A stretch of 64,000 nucleotides of DNA from a virus. Taxonomy: Duplodnaviria; Caudoviricetes. The first letter of the stretch is position 1; the number at the start of each line of letters is the position of its first letter. Location: IMG/VR virus record IMGVR_UViG_3300001765_000076, positions 14,122 to 78,121 of that record. One strand, 5' to 3'. Below are positions 7,876 to 16,927 of this stretch, piece by piece. The notes beneath the pieces are model-generated. The model saw nothing but the letters and a program-made list of their open reading frames with translations. It was not told the DNA's origin and did not search any database. The position numbers were made by a program, and so were the translations under genes.

Positions 7876-8964
7876 TTATTTATTTATTGAATTATAGGCG
7901 TTGTTGGAAATCAAAATCATTTGTGGTTTCCCAATAAACTCATATAGGTTTATGCAATTACAGTATGACATTGCTGATTTTAAATAGTCAGTAAAATTTT
8001 CTGTCCATTGACTCATCGTGTATTCAACTATCTGTGTTCTTTCAATACCTTCAGATGTCTTAATTATAGCGTTTCCCATCTCTTTCTGAGCCCTTTTAGT
8101 AGACATACCGTAGAAAGTCTTATGAAACTCTTTACAATCCTTAAAATCGTTTAAAATGCGTTCTGAGTATTGATCGACTATTTCGAATGTTTTACCTAAA
8201 TATTGAAATCCTGGTGTATTTTCTGTAAATGGTTTATATGTTGTTTCACCAGCACTCTCCAACATTTTATTGAAAACTGAACCACACATTACGTAGTCCG
8301 CCCCTAAAGCCATCGCCTTTATTGCGTCTGAAAAACCTTTAATTCCCCCATCTGCAACTATTTTTGCTGGTTTTTTTAAATTTAGTGATTTTTCGTAACA
8401 ATCTGCAATTAGGCTAGCAATTGGATAGTAAACGCCTGTATTTGAGGAGGTTAAACAAGCACCACCCGTACCCACAGAGCATCTGACATAGTCACAACCC
8501 GCTTCACTCAATTCAACATAAGTTTCTGGGTTGGCGATATTTCCAGCCATGATAATTAATTTATCACCAAACAGTTCTTTTGCTAGTCTTATCGATCTAT
8601 GTAGTGACTGAATTCCACCGTGAGCTGTATCAATTAATACTTTTCTAACCTTGTTGTCTTTTATCTCATCAAAACCAAATAAATTATCAAATTCAACCAA
8701 TGAAAATGCACACCACGTTTCAGTACATAACTGTTTTCTAGTTTCTATATCAACCGTTCTTGGTATAATCGCGTTTATTTTATTTTCCTCAAATAATTTA
8801 TAATTATTTAAATCAACTACACTACTCATAGGCGCAGTAAATAGCGATAACATGCCATTTTCTGATAATACATTTATTTCTGAGCGACTATCAATTGTTG
8901 AAAATGGAGCTGGGATGATTGATACATCTTGTAAGCCATATTTTATATTTTTTGTATTTAACAT
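7876..8964 (-). CDS. guaC: GMP reductase / IMPDH-family enzyme
   Basis: VLIDTAHG, IMAGNIA, SVGTGGACLT, VADGGIK, ALGADYVMCG, FYGMST, SEG; no CBS domains. Confidence 0.85.
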   Translation of the reverse strand: MLNTKNIKYGLQDVSIIPAPFSTIDSRSEINVLSENGMLSLFTAPMSSVVDLNNYKLFEENKINAIIPRTVDIETRKQLCTETWCAFSLVEFDNLFGFDEIKDNKVRKVLIDTAHGGIQSLHRSIRLAKELFGDKLIIMAGNIANPETYVELSEAGCDYVRCSVGTGGACLTSSNTGVYYPIASLIADCYEKSLNLKKPAKIVADGGIKGFSDAIKAMALGADYVMCGSVFNKMLESAGETTYKPFTENTPGFQYLGKTFEIVDQYSERILNDFKDCKEFHKTFYGMSTKRAQKEMGNAIIKTSEGIERTQIVEYTMSQWTENFTDYLKSAMSYCNCINLYEFIGKPQMILISNNAYNSINK

Positions 8965-9002
8965 TTAGTGTTTTTAGTTGTGATCGTTATAAATTTTAAA
9001 AA

Positions 9003-9045
9003 GGTTATTGTAATAGAAATTACAGTAATATCCATTACAATAACC
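9003..9045 (-). terminator. Intrinsic terminator
   Basis: 12-bp GGTTATTGTAAT / ATTACAATAACC stem plus U-tract on the minus strand. Confidence 0.7.
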
Positions 9046-9055
9046 AATTAATTTA

Positions 9056-9493
9056 TTATTTCTCCAATTCGTACTTATAAACATCTAGGATATTGGTCTC
9101 AACAATAGCTGTAATTTCGTAATCAGCCATTGTACCTTTCAATCCCTCTTGTAGTCCGTCCCACGCTTCTTTTACGTTGTTCGCTTGAACCATCATAACA
9201 TTGGTTGTTTTCTTTTCAACTCCTTTGATTTCATCCAATGTGATAAATGCAACCTTACAGCGATACCATTTATCACCATTTTCATTATAAAACATTTCGT
9301 TGATTTTTTCTCTTTTAATTGCAGCCGTTAAAAACTCCCCGCTAATAAAAGGTTTCAACTCTTCATTTACTCTTGCTTCCGCTTCTGTAAAAGACAATGC
9401 ATCAAATAGATACTCTTCACCAATTTTTTGGATTTTTCCTTCTTCCAGAGTTTTCTCATACTTTACTTTAACATTAAACCATTCACTGCTCAT
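9056..9493 (-). CDS. DUF4494-family protein (Bacteroidota-typical)
   Basis: WFNVKVKYEK..EEYLFDALSFTEAEAR..DKWYRCKVAFITLDE..MADYEITAIVETNILDV. Confidence 0.85.
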   Translation of the reverse strand: MSSEWFNVKVKYEKTLEEGKIQKIGEEYLFDALSFTEAEARVNEELKPFISGEFLTAAIKREKINEMFYNENGDKWYRCKVAFITLDEIKGVEKKTTNVMMVQANNVKEAWDGLQEGLKGTMADYEITAIVETNILDVYKYELEK

Positions 9494-9608
9494 TTTCTTT
9501 TTTGTTTTAAATTAATTATTACTATTACTAAATTTATTTATATCTCTTTATATTTTACTTGTTAGTACTGTTTAAACCGTATCTACGTGTTCATTTCCAA
9601 ATTCATCT

Positions 9609-9640
9609 CAAATGTACGAAAAACTTTCCTATAAACCAAT
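9609..9640 (-). promoter_or_regulatory. Bacteroidota sigmaA-type promoter
   Basis: ATTG(GT)-N20-TACATTTG. Confidence 0.8.
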
Positions 9641-9664
9641 TTTTGATAGTTAAAAGATACTAAA

Positions 9665-10564
9665 TCATGGTCTTGTGCTTGGTCTGACTATTTTTGTCCT
9701 TGCCCAGCCAGTTTTTAAAGCTATTTTCTCTATTAATTTCTCTCTATTTGTATCTCTACAAAACCCAGAAAAAAATACTGATTTGATTTTTGCTTTAATT
9801 ATCTCTTTCTCTAGCTCGTTATATAGTCTAATAGCATCTTCTTGACATTTACATATTACAATATCAAAATCTTCATCGGAATCTATTACCATCTTGTTTT
9901 TATAGACTGTAATTCGTTTCATTGGGTATTTTATTTTCTCTATACCTTTTATTAGAAAGTCATTCAAAATCCAATTGAAACTTTTTCTTTGTGAGCTCGG
10001 ATTGAAACCATAGACCCAAAAACTTTCCTCCATAAGAAAATCTGCTTTTTGATTTATTATCCATTTTTCTGAATTTGCTTTATTTGGTGCGAATTGACCA
10101 ATTTCGTTACGTAACATTGATTCGTTGTCTACGAATTTTTTATTTAATTCCAACAACAATAACTCGTATTTTGCTTTAATTTGAATATGATCTCTACTTG
10201 AAACTTTTATTGGAAACCTGACATCTTTTTTGTTTTCCTCTATTATCTTATTGAATTTAAAAAGTGCATCTTCTTTTTCACTAGCGTAACATATCTCAGT
10301 CATTTTTTTATTTTGACTTACAATCATTATTCTCCATGAAGTTATATTTTTCCTCTCGGTTGATATACCCTTTTTACGTTTTCTTTTTAATTCGGCTTCT
10401 CTTATTTTTTTATTTCTTTTGTTCCGATATACCCTTGTTTTTTTTAAATCTTTTTGTTTTTTCTTTTCATCTTTGATAGCCTGTTCTTTGGCTTTTTTCT
10501 CATCTTTTTTTTGCTGCTTTAAAGCCATCCTAGCCTTTATCTCAGCTATTTTTTCTGGAGTCAT
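9665..10564 (-). CDS. Hypothetical protein with Lys-rich N-terminus
   Basis: 299-aa ORF overlapping the upstream gene end. Confidence 0.75.
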   Translation of the reverse strand: MTPEKIAEIKARMALKQQKKDEKKAKEQAIKDEKKKQKDLKKTRVYRNKRNKKIREAELKRKRKKGISTERKNITSWRIMIVSQNKKMTEICYASEKEDALFKFNKIIEENKKDVRFPIKVSSRDHIQIKAKYELLLLELNKKFVDNESMLRNEIGQFAPNKANSEKWIINQKADFLMEESFWVYGFNPSSQRKSFNWILNDFLIKGIEKIKYPMKRITVYKNKMVIDSDEDFDIVICKCQEDAIRLYNELEKEIIKAKIKSVFFSGFCRDTNREKLIEKIALKTGWARTKIVRPSTRP

Positions 10565-10814
10565 CGGTATTTATGAAATTAAACTTTATATCTCCTATGT
10601 TTATTATCACCATCTCCCCTTGAACAAAATCAGATTGTTTGACTTCTGGGTTGTTTTTAAAGAAATACTCCTCATCTAATTGTCTTAGTTGGTCTTTCTC
10701 TAATTCAAACGATATAGTTATATTATCTTTCTTTGTATCTTTGAGTATTTCATTGATAGTCGTTGAAATTTCATATAATTGGTTGTTTGTTGGTATATTA
10801 TATAGTTTTTGCAT
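10542..10814 (-). CDS. Hypothetical protein
   Basis: 90 aa, tightly packed in the operon. Confidence 0.7.
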   Translation of the reverse strand: MQKLYNIPTNNQLYEISTTINEILKDTKKDNITISFELEKDQLRQLDEEYFFKNNPEVKQSDFVQGEMVIINIGDIKFNFINTDDSRKNS

Positions 10815-10816
10815 TT

Positions 10817-11038
10817 TTACAGTACATTTAATAGTTTATCAATAATTACGTTCCATTTCATTTTAAAAACTTGGAATTTTGTTAGTCTGATTGGGTTCTT
10901 TAGACGATGTATTATATCATTACCTAGACCACCAGCATTTAGTTCTTCAACTAGATTGTTTTGATATATCTCTAGTTTTTTATTTAGTACTAATTTCTCC
11001 GTTTCAAAATCTTTAATTTCTTTTTCTTCGTTTAACAT
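10817..11038 (-). CDS. Hypothetical protein
   Basis: 73 aa, tightly packed. Confidence 0.65.
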   Translation of the reverse strand: MLNEEKEIKDFETEKLVLNKKLEIYQNNLVEELNAGGLGNDIIHRLKNPIRLTKFQVFKMKWNVIIDKLLNVL

Positions 11039-11043
11039 GACTT

Positions 11044-11433
11044 CTAGTTTTGATTTCCTCGTTCAAAGTATTCCTCTATATTGTGTATCAACCAGCTAGT
11101 ACCACTTGCTATTGCACTATCCAATAAAATGATTACTAATATAATAACAATAGCCAATGACCCACTATAACCAGCTATAAATGAACTAAATAACATATTC
11201 ATTGGTGTAAAACTAAATTGTGGTATTAGAAATAGGTTTATACCTGATAATATACCACCAACCCATGATGGAAAACACATCATACAACTAAATAACTCAC
11301 CAAATTTATCACCTATTTTGTTTGCTTTCTCTCTCCACCATTTAAACACATGCCATGGTCCATTTGAATAAACAACCATATTTGATAGGCCATAACACGC
11401 TAGTATAAATACCAATAAACTTAATATCTCCAT
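11044..11433 (-). CDS. Multi-pass membrane protein, DUF1360-like
   Basis: Three hydrophobic segments; FGELFSCMMCFPSWVG (CxxC..W) motif. Confidence 0.65.
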   Translation of the reverse strand: MEILSLLVFILACYGLSNMVVYSNGPWHVFKWWREKANKIGDKFGELFSCMMCFPSWVGGILSGINLFLIPQFSFTPMNMLFSSFIAGYSGSLAIVIILVIILLDSAIASGTSWLIHNIEEYFERGNQN

Positions 11434-11437
11434 AATT

Positions 11438-11923
11438 TTATAACTCTATTTTTGAATTTGTTAGTTCATCATTTTCAACCAGTAAGCCTCGGTTTTCTTC
11501 TTTTTTATTTCCTTTGGTTATTTTTGGTTGGTTATTTTCCTTTGCATTATTAAATCCAAAAGTTAGGCGTTTTAGATCCTCTAAGGTTGTTTTATCAAAT
11601 AAATCATTTAATTCAGCAATTTTAGTTTGAAATAAATCGAATTTAGCTTTTTTATCTAAATTATGTTTGATTATTTCCTGAGCGAAATCGCATAACCCAG
11701 ATAAACCTATCTCTCCAACACCATATAGTTCACATTCACCAGTTTGTTGGTTTATGTTAGGTGTTATCGAGTATTTGACTTCTTCTACTGGATATAAATC
11801 CCAACCATTAGGTATTTTTATTTTTAGTAATTTGAACGTTGTTATTTTCCCTTGCTCATTCGGTGCGTCCATTACACTATATCCACCGAAATATTTTCCC
11901 AGTGCATTTATTTTATCATCCAT
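11438..11923 (-). CDS. Hypothetical protein
   Basis: 161-aa ORF. Confidence 0.7.
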   Translation of the reverse strand: MDDKINALGKYFGGYSVMDAPNEQGKITTFKLLKIKIPNGWDLYPVEEVKYSITPNINQQTGECELYGVGEIGLSGLCDFAQEIIKHNLDKKAKFDLFQTKIAELNDLFDKTTLEDLKRLTFGFNNAKENNQPKITKGNKKEENRGLLVENDELTNSKIEL

Positions 11924-11947
11924 CGTTTTTGTTTTTATTTGTTTTAA

Positions 11948-12139
11948 TTAAGCGAATATGCACGCAAAGATATAAGCGATACTAAGCCCTATGTATAATA
12001 GTTCTCGGTCGCTAGTTCCAGTTGGGGTATCTGTTCTTAGTGCTTTGTAAAGGTTTAATAGATTTTTTAATACGATTTGTATTGCGAAAAATAAGATAAA
12101 TACTTTTATGAAAAGTAGTACTGCGAATAATGTTACCAT
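11948..12139 (-). CDS. Small two-TM membrane protein
   Basis: 63 aa, two hydrophobic stretches, directly below a promoter. Confidence 0.65.
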   Translation of the reverse strand: MVTLFAVLLFIKVFILFFAIQIVLKNLLNLYKALRTDTPTGTSDRELLYIGLSIAYIFACIFA

Positions 12140-12185
12140 AACGTTTTATTTTTTTATTATTTATTGTTTAATCCCTAATTCATCG

Positions 12186-12217
12186 CAAATGTACGAAAAA
12201 TAATCGAGAAAACCAAA
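12186..12217 (-). promoter_or_regulatory. Bacteroidota sigmaA-type promoter
   Basis: TTTG-N20-TACATTTG. Confidence 0.85.
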
Positions 12218-12240
12218 TAATAGATGAAAAACTTTTTGTT

Positions 12241-12630
12241 TTAATTTTTTGAGGTGTTTATTTGATCATCAACATGGATGTTGATTTTGTACCAACTAAC
12301 GTGTTTTGCTTTGTTTTTTATTTTGTAAGTTACTGGTCCATCGGTCTTTGCGAAACTATATATGCTATCATCTATCGGTTCTAGTTTGCGATTTACGTAA
12401 ATAGTATCTCCGTTGTGTGTATATTTATATATTAAAACGGTTGGTTTGTTTTTTAATAATTGTATTGAATCTGAAATCGCATCTAATGTTTGTTCTCTGA
12501 CAACCTTCCTTGCTTCGTATTCATTTGATAATTTCTTACCACTAGTCCATAAAAATAAACTAAAACATCCAAACATTAGTATTAATACCCATTCGGCAAT
12601 ATTGACAAATAATTTACTTTTCTCACTCAT
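12241..12630 (-). CDS. N-terminally membrane-anchored protein (spanin-like position)
   Basis: WVLILMFGCFSLFLW TM followed by a soluble domain. Confidence 0.6.
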   Translation of the reverse strand: MSEKSKLFVNIAEWVLILMFGCFSLFLWTSGKKLSNEYEARKVVREQTLDAISDSIQLLKNKPTVLIYKYTHNGDTIYVNRKLEPIDDSIYSFAKTDGPVTYKIKNKAKHVSWYKINIHVDDQINTSKN

Positions 12631-12656
12631 TTCATTGAAACCGTTTTTTAAATTTA

Positions 12657-13379
12657 TTATTTTGAATTATTATATAGATCTAGAAATATAGATATCTTCT
12701 GTGCCGCATAACCAATAGCTGCCTCAGCATTTTTATTGGGTTGATTATTAATATAACTCACCCCCAAAAAACCTAAATCTACGTTACTACCACTTATTGC
12801 TGTCATATATAAGTATTTAACATCGTTCTGTATCATTCTTCCAGCTAATTTGCTATCTATTTTTGATAGATCGTTTAAGTTTCCTTTAAATAGCTTATTA
12901 CTAAATACGTAGTTTACAAATGGATACCTAGATAAATTCATTATCCCATATTCCTCGGCTATTGTTCCTATTTTGGGGTCTATTATTTGTTCGTATGTTA
13001 TTTCCCCGTATATAAATGGTAATCCACTTGGGTTATTTGAACCATTATGCATTTCTATTACAAATACTCTATCCGCTTTTGAATCAATTAATAACTTTAA
13101 TAGTATTGCATCTATCCTTGGGTTTATTTCATTTAACCTCAGCTGCATATTACTATTGTGTTTTTCTAGTGCTATGGATGTCTGCTCTTTTATGACATCT
13201 TCTGTTACTTTTTTCTGATTTAAAAATAATCCTATTGTTAAAATAAATAAGACAACTACCATGAACCCACCAATAACCCTAAATATTCCGTATTTTGCTA
13301 TTAATTTAACCGCCCTCTCCAGTATTCCGAATTTATCATTTATTTGCACATCACTATCTACTGGCTTTTTCCTAGTCAT
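12657..13379 (-). CDS. Single-TM protein with GAF-like C-terminal domain, T4 holin T-like architecture
   Basis: TM IFRVIGGFMVVVLFILTIGLFL; ADRVFVIEMHNG..LGFLGVSY pattern. Confidence 0.5.
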   Translation of the reverse strand: MTRKKPVDSDVQINDKFGILERAVKLIAKYGIFRVIGGFMVVVLFILTIGLFLNQKKVTEDVIKEQTSIALEKHNSNMQLRLNEINPRIDAILLKLLIDSKADRVFVIEMHNGSNNPSGLPFIYGEITYEQIIDPKIGTIAEEYGIMNLSRYPFVNYVFSNKLFKGNLNDLSKIDSKLAGRMIQNDVKYLYMTAISGSNVDLGFLGVSYINNQPNKNAEAAIGYAAQKISIFLDLYNNSK

Positions 13380-13430
13380 CCTCTCTGTTTTTGTTTTATT
13401 GTTATTTTATTTTTAAAAAGAGAGGATTTC

Positions 13431-14846
13431 CTACCCTAATATTTCGCGAATTTTATCAAGATTTTCTTTTATATATTTATCTTCTGATTGTTTTGCCATG
13501 TTTGTTGCAATACCCATTTGGTCTTTCTGACTGTAACTGTATAGATTTTTAATTCTATTGAACTCTTCAGCTAATTTAACTTTATTTTCATGACCTTTGA
13601 TAACACCATTGTTTGAGTAGTTATCTATTTTCCATTCAACTAAGTATTCATCTTGGCCTTTATCTTTCATTATGAACTGATTACCATCTTTCTTGTAATC
13701 TTCTGGAATTAAACTGAACATATGGTTTTCGCCTAGAAAATTTGTATTTTTGAAATTCAATCGTTTCATTTTTTTAACATCAACCCCCTCAAATGCTGTA
13801 GGCTTCTTTGGTGTTTCAATGTATTTAGATGTTAGACCACTATTTTTAAGTGTATATTCATTGTCTAGTTTTTCTTTACTAGATGCTTTTGAGTTTTTAT
13901 AGAACTCTTTTGACCCAGCATTGGTTGTAGCTTCGTCATCTTTATCTGCGTTGTTACCCATTTTCGGACTACCTTCTAAACCATCTTTTACTCGATCTTT
14001 AAATTCGTCAGATGGTTCCATACTGTACTCTAGGTCTAGATTGCTTTTATTGTTATTAAAACCACCTTTACCAGTATTAAATTTTACGGGTTTACTATCA
14101 CCCTTAATATTATTTTTTAAAGATGCTTCTATCTTAGTTAGGGTCTCTTTATTAGATTCCTTATTTGACTTTGTATTGCTTTTAGTTACGTCTGGACCGA
14201 GAACTGGATTGTATTGCAATTCACTCTCTTTCAACATTTCTTTGATTTGCGTACCAGTTAAAGTAGTTACCATATTGTTTTTATTTTCATTTTTTTTTCT
14301 ATTGGCATCGTTCATTGTTAATAAAATATACGTCGATATTTTGTTTGAGCTTTCTTCACCATATTTATTTATAAATTCTTTTTCTGATATCCCTAGATTT
14401 TTAGTTGAATTTTCTGTGAACTCAAAAATATAATTATCGTAATTAGCTCTAATTGGCGTATTTCCATCGTTTCTAAGCACTGGAACGGTTTTCCTTAGTG
14501 AAATTGAACCATTTATCCTAACATATGGTGTTTCTTTTGAAAACATAGCACCAACACCTCTTAAACCAGTATCTGAGAACTTTTCATATTTAATAAAATC
14601 TTTTTTGGTTTGATTTAAATACAATTTTAATCTTTTTACGATATCATCTTCTTTTAAATTATTAAAATCATAACCAACTTCCGTTTCGAAATGAATGTTT
14701 ACGGAATTATCTTGCATGTCTATTGATTTAGCCCGTTCAGTTGCTGGATCGTTTTTGACTTTATTGTATAAGTCTTCAACTTTATTTGAAAAAATACTCT
14801 CTTTCAACATTTCTTTTATTTGAGCTCCACTGATGAACTTACCCAT
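13431..14846 (-). CDS. Putative head-internal/virion protein
   Basis: 471 aa; QIKEMLKES leader present twice; TATATTTATA upstream. Confidence 0.65.
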   Translation of the reverse strand: MGKFISGAQIKEMLKESIFSNKVEDLYNKVKNDPATERAKSIDMQDNSVNIHFETEVGYDFNNLKEDDIVKRLKLYLNQTKKDFIKYEKFSDTGLRGVGAMFSKETPYVRINGSISLRKTVPVLRNDGNTPIRANYDNYIFEFTENSTKNLGISEKEFINKYGEESSNKISTYILLTMNDANRKKNENKNNMVTTLTGTQIKEMLKESELQYNPVLGPDVTKSNTKSNKESNKETLTKIEASLKNNIKGDSKPVKFNTGKGGFNNNKSNLDLEYSMEPSDEFKDRVKDGLEGSPKMGNNADKDDEATTNAGSKEFYKNSKASSKEKLDNEYTLKNSGLTSKYIETPKKPTAFEGVDVKKMKRLNFKNTNFLGENHMFSLIPEDYKKDGNQFIMKDKGQDEYLVEWKIDNYSNNGVIKGHENKVKLAEEFNRIKNLYSYSQKDQMGIATNMAKQSEDKYIKENLDKIREILG

Positions 14847-14860
14847 GTTATTAATTTTAT

Positions 14861-14870
14861 TATAAATATA
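14861..14870 (-). promoter_or_regulatory. Candidate late promoter TATATTTATA
   Basis: 14 nt upstream of the start at 14846. Confidence 0.5.
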
Positions 14871-14910
14871 ATTGTATTTTAATTTTTTTCTTTTTTTAAT
14901 GAATTATTTT

Positions 14911-15366
14911 CTACAATGAACCTATTTTCCTACGTAATGGCGCTGTAAATGGAATTTCATAACTACCACCGACTGAACTACATGAATTTGTACCACCAGC
15001 ATCAACGCCACCACCCATATCACCACCACCTTCTCCTTCTTCCACTATAGTTTGTTGGTTATCTGGAAACATATATGAGTATAACCTACCTAGTTTTCTT
15101 TCGAAATTGGCTTTTGGTACTTTAAGTTCTTGATTTTCAACTCTGGTTATTAAACCAAATCTATTTAATAAATTGATAACCTCATGTTTTTTATAACCTA
15201 ACATTTGCCAAAAATTACTTGGTATTTGACTGTGAGAGTCGTTCGAAATTAAATTATATAAAAATAGTTTAACTTCTTTATTAAATTGTTCTTCAGTTAT
15301 ATTGTTCTGTAGTTCTGAGTGTTCTCTCAATATAGATATTTGAGATTCGGTTAATTTTATATTCAT
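14911..15366 (-). CDS. Putative head-internal protein
   Basis: Leader MNIKLTESQISILRE; Gly-rich C-terminus. Confidence 0.65.
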   Translation of the reverse strand: MNIKLTESQISILREHSELQNNITEEQFNKEVKLFLYNLISNDSHSQIPSNFWQMLGYKKHEVINLLNRFGLITRVENQELKVPKANFERKLGRLYSYMFPDNQQTIVEEGEGGGDMGGGVDAGGTNSCSSVGGSYEIPFTAPLRRKIGSL

Positions 15367-15378
15367 TCTAATAGTTGT

Positions 15379-15585
15379 TTATTTAGATATTGAGTCAGCC
15401 CAGAAACTTTTTCTCATCCAAAGTAGTTTGTATAACTCCTCTATAACCTTAGCTGATAGCGTTTTAACTTTAGCTTCAAATTCCTTTGATTTTAAAAACT
15501 TAGATTGTTCATCATCTATCATTTTCTTAACATCTGCTTTGGTTATTTCTTCTTTAATTATCTGTTTAATTCGTTCTTTGGTCAT
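15379..15585 (-). CDS. Small putative head protein
   Basis: MTKERIKQIIKEEI leader. Confidence 0.65.
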   Translation of the reverse strand: MTKERIKQIIKEEITKADVKKMIDDEQSKFLKSKEFEAKVKTLSAKVIEELYKLLWMRKSFWADSISK

Positions 15586-15600
15586 TTAGATTGATTTTAC

Positions 15601-15610
15601 TATAAATATA
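15601..15610 (-). promoter_or_regulatory. Candidate late promoter TATATTTATA
   Basis: Directly after a terminator, 15 nt before the start at 15585. Confidence 0.55.
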
Positions 15611-15619
15611 ACTAAAAAC

Positions 15620-15649
15620 AAAAAAGCTAGACTTTCGATCTAACTTTTT
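15620..15649 (-). terminator. Intrinsic terminator
   Basis: Minus strand AAAAAGTTAGATCGAAAGTCTAGCTTTTTT: GAAA loop and U-tract. Confidence 0.7.
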
Positions 15650-15675
15650 CAATTTATATTACGTAATTATTATAT

Positions 15676-16185
15676 TCAACCAACATTATTTTGATATTCA
15701 GCTAACTTCGTATCCCATTCACTTGAAAATTGTTCTTTTAACACCACCAATTTACCTAGTTTATCAGCAGCATCTTTTGTTAGCAATACGGAATCAGCCC
15801 AAATATATAGTCCACCACTTTGATCATTGTATCTAAATTGGAATTTTAAATCATTTAAACCAGTGATAGCTGCACTAAAAACTACATCGTTATCTTCTGG
15901 GTAAACTATCAATGAATTATCATCGGTTTTAATTGCGCCAACGAACTTAGTCATGTTGTTTTTTAATTCAACAAAATATGGGTCGTTTTGAGCTATCTTA
16001 ACTTCTTTTTTTTGAGGTTCTTGCGTTTCAACCGTTTCAAACTCTTCGTTTAATTTGGTTTTTAATGTTACATCCCTAGTCGTTGTACGCATATCACTAA
16101 ACATCTGCCTAAAAACCGTATCTTCATCTAATTGTTTTCGTTGATGTTTTAACCCTGTTATTTCATCTATGATGTATCTAGCCAT
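15676..16185 (-). CDS. Hypothetical protein, putative virion protein
   Basis: 169 aa; TATATTTATA at 16198..16207. Confidence 0.7.
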   Translation of the reverse strand: MARYIIDEITGLKHQRKQLDEDTVFRQMFSDMRTTTRDVTLKTKLNEEFETVETQEPQKKEVKIAQNDPYFVELKNNMTKFVGAIKTDDNSLIVYPEDNDVVFSAAITGLNDLKFQFRYNDQSGGLYIWADSVLLTKDAADKLGKLVVLKEQFSSEWDTKLAEYQNNVG

Positions 16186-16197
16186 TTTCTAATTTAT

Positions 16198-16207
16198 TAT
16201 AAATATA
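16198..16207 (-). promoter_or_regulatory. Candidate late promoter TATATTTATA
   Basis: 12 nt upstream of the start at 16185. Confidence 0.5.
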
Positions 16208-16236
16208 TTTGTTTTTCTAATTTACTGGTTTACTAA

Positions 16237-16926
16237 TCAATTATTTTCCAAAATAGCACATCTTACCTTTTTTATGCTACTTTCTATGATGTTTGAAACG
16301 GACATTGATGTTATTTTGTATTTCTTTGATATTTCACCGATATTCAACTCTTTTTTATCGCAAATACCATAATAGTGTTTGATTATCTCAGATTCCTTTT
16401 CGGTTAGTTTGTTTAAATGTAAAATTACATCGTTAAATAAATTTTCAGTTACTTCTTGCTCTGTCTCTATTTCTTTATCTTCGTAGTAACTATGCATTTG
16501 TGCATTCCCTAACGACATTTCACCAATTAAAAACTTTTCAACGTCCTCGTTTTCATCTAATATCAATTCAGTGGTAATTTCTTCCCTTTTGCTTTTTTCT
16601 TTTATTAGTAATATCATTGATTGTCTGATCCACCAATAAGCAAATGTTGAAAAATTAAAACCTTTTTTACCTTCGAACCTATCGGCTGCCGTAATTAGCC
16701 ATTTATTACCCTCTGCCACTAGTTCACTGAATTCAATACCCTTATCCTTGTATTTGTGCGCTATACTCAGTACGAGCTTTAAATTGGCTGAAACCAACTT
16801 ATTTCTAGCAATTATATCACCTAGTTTAATTTGTTTGCTTAGCTTCTTCTCATCTCTCAATGTTAGCTGTTTGATTTTATCAATATCTAAACCGTAGTAC
16901 GGTAAATTATTTGTATATTTTTTCAT
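16237..16926 (-). CDS. Phage-encoded sigma-70-family factor (regions 1.2, 2 and degenerate 4)
   Basis: ARNKLVSANLKLVLSIAHKY, ELVAEGN, FSTFAYWWIRQS, LTEKESEIIKHYYG. Confidence 0.9.
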   Translation of the reverse strand: MKKYTNNLPYYGLDIDKIKQLTLRDEKKLSKQIKLGDIIARNKLVSANLKLVLSIAHKYKDKGIEFSELVAEGNKWLITAADRFEGKKGFNFSTFAYWWIRQSMILLIKEKSKREEITTELILDENEDVEKFLIGEMSLGNAQMHSYYEDKEIETEQEVTENLFNDVILHLNKLTEKESEIIKHYYGICDKKELNIGEISKKYKITSMSVSNIIESSIKKVRCAILENN

Positions 16927-16927
16927 T

